A DNA stretch of 64,000 bases from Massalongia carnosa (Eukaryota): contig OZ287087.1 in assembly GCA_965645245.1 (NCBI GenBank), positions 1,426,001 through 1,490,000 on the forward strand, written 5' to 3'. Position 1 is the first letter of the stretch; each line of letters begins with the position of its first letter. Under the pieces are notes generated by a model that searched no databases, was not told where the DNA came from, and saw only the letters and a list, made by a program, of their open reading frames with translations. The position numbers and the translations under genes were made by a program. Of the stretch, positions 26,691 to 37,717 are shown piece by piece.

Positions 26691-27633
26691 ATCAAATAAA
26701 GAATTGTTATAAAGCGGTTTTCTTCTTTTAAATGATCTTTTTTTATTAAGCGAAGTGAAAATAAGTTATTCGAATCTAGATTGTTTAAAAAGGTCTTAAG
26801 TAATCGATTCTGTCACTCTTCAACCATATCCATCCAAGGCCAATCAAAGGAAAGTACAGCATCTGCCGGCGCACTAACCGCTTCCGTTACTCAACCCTTT
26901 TTAGCAGTGAATTAGAGGGACATAGGGACCGAAAGCTCCGGGACGCTAAATCTTATTTCCATCTACGGAAACCGTAGATAGCCGGTCACTATCAAGCAAT
27001 CATAGGGGCAAAAAACGGAGGTCTGAAAGGACTGAAAGGGACGCAAAGGAACCACATTCTAAAATAGTTCTGGATAGCAAGACGATACGTTGTTTACCCA
27101 TACGCGCAATCAGAAATTATTGCAGATGAATAACAGGATTTATTTATTAAGTGTACTCAACTCAAGACTATCACACCGAACTATTTACATGAGTTGTTTC
27201 AGATTCACAAAGCAGATTCATCATTGAAAATATAACTATGTATTCTCTATCTTGACGCGTTTTTACTCCGCGTTAGGAAATAACGGAAGACGAATAAGAG
27301 TTTAGACGTTTTTAATTGCATTTAAAGGATTTCTATCGTGTAAGTTTTCACAAATATTAATCATAAAAGTCGTGAAATTATTGAAAGGATTGAATTAATT
27401 CAGATAAGTATAAAACTATCATCATATCTTTTGGTTTCACGGAATTGCGTATCTTAAACCCGTGGCGTGATAATTACGCGATATTATTTTTAAAGTTCTA
27501 ATTATAATGTTCATGTTAAAACCGTAATAATACAACATATTAATAAAAAATCAACGATAATAATCACAACAATCATGTTTTATTTCCCTAATCTCGTCTG
27601 ATCGAGCTTTAATGATTGACATTCTAACTCGTA

Positions 27634-29336
27634 TCATGAAAACGTCTCGGACACAAGATCCGCAAAGTACCGAAACCAACCCCCACGATCGCCCGACTGC
27701 GCCAGACGGACCCGATGCCCGGTGCGAGATTCAACGTCCGCGAAGACCGTCCGGATGTCCGACATCAGGCTGATGGCGCCCCCGCCCCCCTGCAGGGTGC
27801 CGTGGAGCAAGCCCACCACGGCGCCGTCCTGATCGCACACGACGGAGCCCGAGTCCCCCGCCTGGCTGAAATACCGCATGATGTTGGGCGGAGTGACTTG
27901 CCAGTCCTTGGTCCAGGTCTCGTAGCGGTGGACCGTGCCGTTCACCGGGAACTCATCGACCAAGTGGCAGTTCAGCGGATGATTGTTTGGGTACATCCAC
28001 CCCGAGGTTGCTTGCGTGGTTCGTCCCGTCTTGCATACCCACGCGCGGGGCTTGACGTCGGCGATTTGGGTGATGGGGAACGAATCGCCGCACCGGTAGT
28101 TGTATGCGGTGGGCCGGATTGCTGAGGAGGATGGGGCCATGTTGATGGCCACTTTGGCTTCCGGGACTTCAATGAGCGCCCAGTCCAATCTACCGTGATT
28201 ATCTCCGCAGTTGAAACCTGGACAAATCGCTCGAGAGGAGCCCGGAGACAGGATGTTGGCGAAGGTCTGGTCCTGTTGGTTGCACCCCAGGCTACCGCTT
28301 CGAATCCCGGAGCTGAAAAGGACTTGGGCAAGCTTTTTGTTCCCAGCGTCAAGATCCTGATACAGCGCTAGCTGTTTGCGATGTTTCTGCAGGAGATCTT
28401 GCGTTGCTTTGCTGGGCGTGGCTTTCATGATCTCCTCTGCCTCGCCGATCGCATCGTGCAAAGACTCCATGAACGACTGCAAATCGTGCTGGCTGGGATG
28501 CTGTGCTTATAGTTTGACGCCGCCGAGTCCCTGAAAACTGGGTGTGATGCCAGTGCGATAGATTTGGCTCGCCAGGCTTGATTCAGCCGGTGAGACGACA
28601 TGATGATCGGTCAAAGCACACAGGATCGAAGGCGATTCGACGACCTCGATCGACTGCAGCACCACGTATGCCCCCAGAGTCCCTGAGCTGGCGGATTGGT
28701 CCATGATGCCAACGCTGGCCCCATTCTTGGCTTTACGTGAGAACATTGGCGGCAACGGTTTCGATGGAGTATGCCCTGCTTGATTTGTTGCCGTGCTGCT
28801 CAGTATTCCTGGTTGCAGCATCACTTTCAGCCCCTGTGGAGCGGAGATCGGTCGCAAGCATCCAGGAACCGACCCCAATCATATATGGATCCATCTTTGA
28901 CGTACACGACTATGGTTGGACAAAAGGTCTCCTTGCGATCGGGATTCCCCGACATGATCAGTCCGAATGCCAGGCATATACTTCCCAATTCAACAATAAT
29001 GCTGAGCAAGTCTTGTTCGATGGACTTGTAGGATGCTACAGTCTTTTCGTCTGCAGACTCCGATAAAATCGACCCCGTGGTGAGTCGTTCGGGGTTTCTA
29101 ATCTCCACCTGTAGTGACGTGAAACCTCGTGCTTCAAACATTCGAGAAACGCTCCGAGCCATATCGAGCCACACAGACGGATCGTCATGGTCGACACAAA
29201 TTAAAACCGTGAGGCTTGGATGCTGTTCATCGTATCTCCAGAAGTTTTGCATCCCCACGGATTTCACCTGGATCGCATGCGCAAGAACCAAGTTGATGAT
29301 TGTATCGCAAAGTTCGTCATACAACAATTTGATCAA
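27634..29336 (-). pseudogene. Trypsin-fold serine protease (Ssy5/S64- or Nal1-like), disrupted
   Basis: GTLGAYV, ALTDHHVV (His), DWALI (Asp), KTGRTTQATSG, FSQAGDSGSVV (Ser). Frameshift near 28830-28870, in-frame TAA at 28507, and the 5' end is cut. Confidence 0.82.
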
Positions 29337-29408
29337 ATAAAGGGGTTTGACTCCTCCGTATCCTTACGGATAAAAAGCGGATAAATATGAGGAGCATTAG
29401 GTTATAAA

Positions 29409-29480
29409 GGGATATGTTGTAGAGGGTTCTACATTTTGATTGCAGATCAGATAAACGGGGTTCGACTCCTCCGTATCCTT
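29409..29480 (+). tRNA. trnC: tRNA-Cys(GCA), mitochondrial type (probable NUMT)
   Basis: Folds by hand: acceptor GGGATAT/GTATCCT, D stem TGTA/TACA, anticodon stem TTTGA/TCAGA with loop TT-GCA-GA, T loop TTCGACT, U discriminator. A partial second copy of the 3' part lies at 29342-29385. Confidence 0.78.
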
Positions 29481-31234
29481 ACGGATAAAAAGCGAATAAA
29501 GCTTTTTATCCTAAAAACCAGGTAAACCTTCGACGAAACGTGCATGAAAGCGTTTGTGGATTTTGCCGCTTACCATCCCTCAAAAACAATACCTTTGACC
29601 GCCTAAATCTCCGCGATGACCAGCTTATTATTTTGCCTATCCGTATTTTTGCGTTCGCGCTCCAAACTCGTAAATGGGGTAAGTGGTTGCAAAATGTCTA
29701 ATGCTGAGTTGCTAGTTAAATCATCAAAAGTGTCACTAAGTATTAACCAAGTGCAAAAGATTGAGGGAAGAATCTTCGTTGATGCATGTCTTCATATCAC
29801 TCGATGACGCCTCTCGTTCGATTTTCCCAATCACCTCCGATCCCCTCTAAACTCCTGTTATCCCATCCATGAGGCTGACGCTAACCAAATGAGACCGAGG
29901 TTTTCCGCAGATTCGTTGAACGGACGGATTGGAAGTGCCCGTCGCTCAAAAAACTCCTCCATCCATCCATGGATTCCAACCGGATCATCATATGACAACA
30001 CTCCACCTTTAGTTTCGTAACTCATCTAAAAAGCTGCCAGCAATCCTCAAAGAGGTTCCCTCAAAGAGGAATCGGTCGGGTCAAATGATTTAACCGATTC
30101 GTTGGTGGTTGCTTTTCAATTACTCGTAGTTCTTCTAGCTCCTTCGATTGATCATTCACTGAATTCGGCTCGCTCGGCTCGGCCGCTCCACCGACTCGAG
30201 ACACACATCTTTTTCTTCATTGCTGTCGGAATCCAAACTCAATCGCGAACAAGTACCGAGTACACTTACCACCTGATCCAGAACAGCACGAACGCTCCTC
30301 CTCTCGCATCCTTCACTCCGTTTCGGGATATTCGCGAGCAGAGCAGCAAGGCCCTGATTGCGAGGTAATTACCTCCCTCCTCATGATTGATCACGACACG
30401 CGCGATAACTATGAAAACGCGATACACGGTGTGATGGAGAGCGGTTCTTTTGGCAATGTCGGGGGAGTCATTCGTTGTGTGCGGTTCATCGGTGATTCTT
30501 TGATGAAATGTCTTTCGCGGAGCGTGTTTGATTCTTCAGGTTTCGAAGCCGTTTTCTTCAATAGGTTTCGTCACAGTGCGCGTAGTTCATTTATATAATT
30601 CTTTTATGATAGTGACGAGGGCACTAGTCTTGTTCGTCACTTTCATCATCATCAGGGTATGCTCATTTCAATCCCCTTCGTTCCATTCTTTCCCATCTCT
30701 CGTTCCAGACAACATTCTGCTCAAAGTCATTCTCCGTCTCATTTGCAAACTTCTCGTTGACAACGAGCAACAACAACAAAAACCCCTCACTGTTCTCGGC
30801 TCCTTAATCGCCGTCGGCGACGTTGTGCAACTGCTCGACATCTCGTATCCCGCACACTACAACCTCGTGGATAGATCCCAACGCGACTGGACATGGATAA
30901 TGGTGATGCATTACGCATTTTTTGCCATGGTGGGGGTGGCGCTAATGTGAGAGGGGTGGATGAGGGGAAGGACGGACCGGGAAGAATAGGAGTGAAGTGA
31001 CAGGATGTGGGGAGAAGAGTGGGTGAAGAAGGAGAGGGAATTGGACAATTTATTTCATATATATAGGAGGCAAGAAGATTGTAGAGAACGGCGGCGGGGA
31101 TGAGAGGACGAAGGGAGAGGAGGAAGCGGGAACGATAGGACGCCGGAGAGAGTCAAAAAGGGAGCGGAGATGAGATAACTGAATGAATGGGAATTGATTG
31201 AGGTTTTCGATGCTGTTTCACATGTATTTTTCTT

Positions 31235-33155
31235 TCATGGTCCTTCAGATATTGAAGCACTTCTAATCCACTCGACGTATCGTTCGCATCCCGTATGTCC
31301 AGACGCCATCAACGACTCAAACTTTGCCCGTGCCTTTTTGTCGCGCGCTATAGGGTCCAGTCGCAGCGGCCAAGGTTCCACAATAGTCGGGTTCTCCCGC
31401 ATCTCCACCCCAGCAGCATTGCCGCAGCGCTTGAAGTCGACCTCCTTCATGTAGCGCCGAAAGCTGAGCTCGAAGTCTTTGAACAGTTCGAGTGCAGTCA
31501 TGTGCTTGATGAACGCGGGGCTCTGAGGGGATAAGATGCCTGGATGCGGAGGGAGGAACTTGTGCATTGCTGAGGAGCTATTTATGATAGTCTGTCCAGT
31601 TTCGGATGGGTCCTCGCACTCGGCCACTGCGTTGAGGAACAAAGCAAGGAGCGTCGCATGAGGATTGATGTCGGCCGGTTTGAGCCATGGAACCAGAATC
31701 GTGAGTGTCCTCTCGAGTCCTAGATAGCCTCGATCTACGATGTTTGACACCTCGATGCGATCAAACAGACGATGCTCTTTGGGTAACGTTTCCAGGAAGT
31801 GTGGAAGGTCTACGGCGTTGTATTCGAGTAGCTGGAAAGTGATGTGCATGCTGGACAACCGTTGGCAAAACCTTCCAAGTTTGGAGAGAATGTGGTAGTA
31901 AAGTGCCCCGTATATGTCGCTTTTCGGCGCAGCAAGTTGCGCTCCACAATCGAGATTTTCCTCCCAAGACCAGCCGTTGAGCGGATCGCAGGAATCGTGA
32001 AGCTGCCAGTTCCCTTGACAGTCAAACAGGGTCCTGTCGACAAATGTTATCATCAAGGCTATAGGCCCTAACGAGAGACTTACGGGTTCGGAATCTTGTG
32101 CTGTCGAGTATCGCCAGAAAACGGAAGAAGTATACCCGTTTCGCGAAATCGCACTGTGCATTGGCGGTGTCTTTCCGGTTGTGCCAACAAAGCTCTATCC
32201 AAATGATCCTGTCGTGTTGGTGCTAGCATGACTGCTTGCCGGTTGGATTCTGCAATTCGGCTTGCAGCAGTCGACAAGAGAGTCAGCTTTGAAAGCAAGG
32301 CATGCCATTGCTTTTGAAGGAGTGATAAGCGCAAGCTCCTGGTCCCAAATACCCACGTTTTCGACAGTACCGTTGCCGGTGACTTGTCCTTGATCTTGGG
32401 AAGCACCTCTTCCACCAGAGGGAGAACATATGTGCTAATGGCTTGAGACGCTTGCGCTGAAATTCGGGCGGAGTACCAGACGTGCAAGATGATGCCGGCT
32501 GCTTCGTTGGGGGGGCACCGGAGAGCAATCGAAAGCATCAGGAAATTCCGAACGACGATATCAAAGTCTCGGTCGTTGATCACGACATCTGCATGGGAGC
32601 TGAAGCCCTTTGGAAGCCCGAGAACGCTCAGCACCACGTTTCGAATATCGCCGGATGCTGATCGCATGATCAACTATGCACTCAACGAAGTGATGATATA
32701 TCCTACCAGCAAAGCACAGTCCAATATCCTTATCATAGGCCGTACCTTCGTTTTCATCTATGTTGATAATGTCCAAGGCTGGCACGTTGCCCCAAAGGTA
32801 CTTGCGGGTTCCGAACAAGGCCAATCCGCCTTGTGATGTTATGAAGGCTGGGCTGCGTTGCTGAAGCACCCACCGTGGACTCCACTTGCTGTCTGCGTAA
32901 GGATTCTGACAGTCGAGTTTGTGAGCACTCCAGTGCTCTTTTTGGCATTCTCTGCTGCAGTACTGCGACGGCGTTAGCACTGTTTGAGAAATCCATGATG
33001 GCTCGACCGAGGATGATAATTTCATGAGAGAGTCAATGCACCTTGATTAGATAGCAGTTCTTGCACATGCTTCCAGCCTTCTCGGTACACGCCGTGTGAC
33101 CGGAATCCAGGCGTAGATTCCCGCACGTCGGTTCCCCGACATAGCAACCTGACAT
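31235..33155 (-). CDS. MYND zinc finger + DUF4470-like protein (4 exons)
   Basis: Spliced reading C...C...CKNC YLIK|YCSRECQKEHWSAHKLDC, YLWGNVPALD, FA|ASGDIRNVV, INDRDFDIVVRN, PN|PTLF, FDRIEVSNIVDRGYLG; canonical GT-AG introns. Confidence 0.85.
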
Positions 33156-33574
33156 GGACGATTCCTCGTCGAGAGATTAGTTGATTGATGAAGCAAGATC
33201 TTCTTTCGATAGCTATGGTCTTTTTGATGAATGAGTGCCTGTGACTCTCTTTTATACGCGACATGTAAACGTTGGTGAGAGCGCTGATGACGCGATGTTA
33301 TTCCTGTCACAGTTTTCACCTGCTCCATTCCGGCGAGCAGTATCACTTGACCAGTCGTGTGTAATGGTTAAGATCCATCATCGATCGAGGCCAATCGGCA
33401 TCGCGATATCTCCATCCCCCCGTCCAGGCATGCGGGTAGACACGTCAACATGAAGTCGGGCAGGTGAACATTGCACCCGATAGGCCAACACCAGCACGGA
33501 AGGTAAGTTACATGTACTTTCTAGGACGACGACATTGCTAAGAACCGTGGCTTGATGACTTGATGCTTCGATGT

Positions 33575-33638
33575 TGATACGTGATACATGATACGTGATA
33601 CATGATACGTGATACGTGATACGATAGGATACGATACA
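33575..33638. repeat. 7-bp tandem repeat (TGATACR)n
   Basis: TGATACG/TGATACA repeated about 7 times, then degenerating. Confidence 0.9.
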
Positions 33639-34067
33639 CATTGTGGCGGAGAGTTCCTACGTGCTGTTGAATCCTAGCTTAGCCCTGCAAGCAGCCACAT
33701 CCGTAGTAATTTCAACATTATGCCGTTAACTGTTCATGTAACTTAACACGCGCAGCATGTGATACTAAAACTGATAGATCGAGTACTAGAACTCTATACT
33801 ATCACTAATCTTAACTACCTACTGAGCCAGTGACTTGAAGTAATTCGTTCCTTGTTAATTTCACGAGAAGAAAATTGATGATCACAATCACGTTTGTTTT
33901 TCGTCAATATAAAGTTAGTTACCTACGTTGATTTGTACTCAGTATTTCTTAAAGTATTCTACAACTCACATAGTTATTTCTACGGCTGCTGTCGCGGCTT
34001 TTCATTCAGTTAATTGACCTGCTTTCATATTTATCAAAAAGTCTTTCTGATTATTGTCCTCACGAAC

Positions 34068-35350
34068 ATGCCCTCCTCCAAGAAACGCAAAGTGATTGAC
34101 TGTGAATGGGTGGACACTAATATCATCGCGAATATCCCTCCCGAGTGCTTGGAAAAGGTCGAAGCACTGCGAACTTCGGTCGAGTCATGGAAGCAAGAAA
34201 AGGAAGTGGTCAATCTTCCCACGGTACGTTAGCTGCAATGGCAAATTCATCGTCAACAACTCGTTCCGCTGTTAATTGAATGATAGTTGGCCGCGAGCTC
34301 GCTCACTCCGAATGATGTTTTCGGGATTTTTGGGCTGAAGGAAGAAGAGGAGAAAGAGTACGAGTTCGACGACAAAGAGATGTTTGCCGTCCCTGTAGAG
34401 CTTGGTAAAGAAAGAAGCCGAGTCATTGATCATCAAGTATATGAAACGTTAATGCAAAGCGTAGAAACAACCTTCGCCAAGTATCGGAGTGTTGTTGGCA
34501 CCACATCAATGCCTAACGAAGCACTATCACGATGTTTTGTCAATCTGGTGCTTTTTCATAGTGTGTTGGAAGAACGAATAACGCTACAAAATGCTGAGGC
34601 AAAGCCCTTGTCCCTCTCGCCCTCCAACCCACTATCGTCCACAACGCCTGTCCCGACCACCGCCGAGCTCGCTAATCCCCTCCTCATGCCCTCATCCTCA
34701 AATGCCGAGTTGTGTCTTTTCTTTGAGACCGAATTAAAACAGATCGTAACTTTCAAGAACAAACCTCATGTGTTATCCGGTCTTGCAGACTATTCATTGG
34801 GATACAAACATGATGACACTGGCTCGGGCAATTTAGTTGTGGTAGAAGCGAAGAGGAAGTACGATCTGTCGAAAGCATATGGGCAATTGCTTTCTTACAT
34901 GGGTGGGTGATGTGTGTTCCGAAATAAAATCTAACATGACTAATCAGTCCGAGCAGGCATGATACATCAAGCACGGAAGTCCGAACAGAAGAACAGTGCA
35001 GTGATTTTTGGAGTGGCAACCGACGGCTTCGAGTATCGCTTTTGGAGAATTGATCATCAGTCTAACGTCAGTGGGATTACGTATCAATCATGGAATATGC
35101 TAAGAAATCATATAGGTATCCTCAAGTAACGTTTACATATGGGCCAAAAAAAGCGGTCGAGAGCACATTTACTCTATTTTTCGGGCCATAATCCGTGCAG
35201 CAATCTTGTCGAGCCCCACGACCTCACCGGTCAAGGGACAAGACTTGATAGAACGTTTCCAGAGCCCTCATCATGGCAAATTCGATTTTGGGACGGTTGC
35301 ACAATGGGAGGAGTTGTTCGCCCCCGAGGGTGATTCGGACGTGGAATTAG
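34068..35350 (+). CDS. PD-(D/E)XK restriction-endonuclease-fold protein (multi-exon)
   Basis: SGLADYSLGY...LVVVEAKR...GQLLSYMG|MIHQAR...IFGVATDGFEYRFWRID; ends RAAILSSPTTSP...TAG at 35350; GT-AG introns. Confidence 0.7.
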
Positions 35351-35927
35351 TCGAAATCCCCCCGCGGCTATCGTCGGAATAAAATGAAGCGTCTGCAGAC
35401 TGCAAAGCAAAATCACTTGCTGCTGCACACAACGTATTCTTGTCCTGTCCTATGAGCTTGATATCGCGATCGGGTATCCACGTATGTTTACGTGATGATC
35501 GTGTGAAAACGAGGATTGATGTCATGCATATGAACTGTATATCCACTTTGTACAGAATACCGAATACACTCTGAATGCGGGTTATGCGTCGTGTTTAAAA
35601 TGTATCGATTTGCCTTGCAGGGCCGATAGGGCTGACTCGTCAACATTTCGACGATTTGGATTGCCGCCTAGGTGAGCTGGATAAACGTGTAGAAAAGCCG
35701 GATGGGAAGGTTGATGAGTATTTCTAGTATATTCAGAAGCTGTTCGCAAATGTCAACGACGATTTTATGTCGAGCAAAGCAGAACTTGGAGTCGTCCCGG
35801 GCGATCTTGGAGCTGTGAATCAAAAGGATTGACAAAGACATGATTTTATGCTTGATAAAAACCAAGTACTTGATGTCATGCATAATACCAAATGTCTCAA
35901 AATTCCGTCGTTGAGTGATCTAACTTC

Positions 35928-37220
35928 TCAAGAGCATGGACATATCGGCGTCTTCTTCTGCATCTCGTAGGCCTGTTGAGCGACCTCCAGCCCTTCTTTC
36001 GCAATCGCCAGGCCCTGTACAGCAGCTCTCGCAGAAATGATGGCAGTCACGGAGGCCACCGCGCCGAAAAATGTCGCCAGTATAAAACCCAAAACAATCG
36101 TGCCAACAACCTGTAGCTTTTTGTCGTAGCTCTGACGCTTGTAGTACCACTGCGCGAAATTCTCGGGCTCGGCCCTGTACACTTGATGTAGCTCACGAAG
36201 CTTTTCTCGTAAATACCGATACTCGTTCAGATCTACTGGGCGATGGTGATCAAACGGGCCATCCATGTTGAATGTTTTGCTACTCTGGTGCAAGAAATGT
36301 CGGGTTGGCTTGTCGTCGGCGGGGAAAAACTGATTGAGGGACCATATGATCTCGTTCAACACCGCTATTGGATAAATGGGCTGACCATGCGCGAACGTGG
36401 ATAAGGATGTTCCTGACCCCCGGAGGTGATCGAACACACACTGCCTGAACTCATAGATCCGCAAAACTCGCTCCTTTTCATCGTATCGCAGATGGTCGGC
36501 AATGCACGTCGTCCAGTCGATGCGTACAGAACATGCGCGGATGAGGTAGGCCGCTGTGAAGCCTTGATCGAGCTTACTTTCCGTAGAGGCGATCGCGGTG
36601 TGATTTTGAAGGGGGAATTGGTGGGCCACAAAGTCCACAAGATTTCTCTCTATAAAGTTCATTAATAGAATTACCCTCGGATGTCACCAATGAGTAGTTA
36701 TCGGTTGCATGAAACCATACGAAAAACCATGCGAAAAACATATGGCCTTTTCCCTTCACTCACCTGCATTATCCCACACAATTCTGGGAGTTCCGGTCTG
36801 CAGATTGTGAAACAATGTGGATTCGTGTCGCACGTTCAAGGTCAGCCACACCCGAAGGGCCAGGTCGATGGAGTTTTGAACTGCATCTTCATTCCGGGTC
36901 GGGAAGAGCGACTGAACCCGAACTCTCAGCTGGGTCAATGGAAGATGTCGATGCTCCGACAGCGTCATGATGACCTTTACCACATCGGCGTGTGTCTGGG
37001 CGGCCGTCCTGGACAAGAGTTGCGATTCTCTGACCATGCTGAATTGCAAACGGCGCATCTCATCATGATAGTACGTGAAGTAAGTCTGATATCTGCCAAG
37101 GTCATTCTGGCAAGCGTTTTGCCGCCAGAGGATTTGCAGCAGGATGATTTCTCTGTTCTCGTCCAGAAACTGACTGAGGGGAGAGTTTAGCGAGTCGTTG
37201 AAGGGCGCATTAGAGGTCAT
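35928..37220 (-). CDS. Uncharacterised fungal protein (about 390 aa, 2 exons) with a C-terminal hydrophobic helix
   Basis: ORFs 36756-37220 and 35928-36662 join via GTGAGT...TTTATAG. Motifs LALRVWLTLNV and IDWTTCIADHL; TM-like VVGTIVLGFILATFFGAVASVTAIIS. Confidence 0.75.
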
Positions 37221-37717
37221 TTGTCACCACTCGGATGAAGTCGCAAGTCTCGTGGAGCATGTAGTTCGGCGGAATGTTCACAGTGGTGGCTTGGTTTGCG
37301 GATGCCGCGTATTAGAACACGAGAGTCGCCTGCCCAGACCTGGAAACAGCTAGAGTGGAGGGGTGCGCAGCAGTCACATAACCTGATTTCGACGACTAGC
37401 AATACATGAGCCACCTTGCGTTTGATCCAATCAGCTTTGTAACCCGACAGCCTGATACACATCGTACCTACTCGCAGGTGCACAAATACGGATTCGGGGC
37501 TTAGCGGAACTCATCCAGCAAGGCTGCTGGCCGGTTGAGCAGCCACAGCCTCATTTCTGAACAAATATGAGCTTGCATACCAACGTTCACGCTCGCCTCC
37601 GCCTAGCGAAGGCAGGAATCGACTTAGATCCTAGAATCAAGACGTTGAATACATCACCTCGTCCGAGCTCGTCATGTTGTTGTTGCTACCTCGCAAGCTT
37701 TCTCAGCAGGCGGCAAC

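Noticed and set aside
26706..27630. AT-rich block as NUMT or RIP relic
   Set aside because: No diagnostic gene, tRNA or terminal repeat found by eye.
29342..29500. attL/attR of a tRNA-targeting integrative element
   Set aside because: The repeats are only about 115 bp apart, the partial copy is upstream, and no integrase is present.
29985..31190. Short ORFs and purine-rich tract
   Set aside because: Low-complexity sequence with no domain signal; cannot support a call.
35928..37220. Calling the protease partner a gasdermin or HeLo protein
   Set aside because: No motif that I can recognise supports it; kept only as an analogy.
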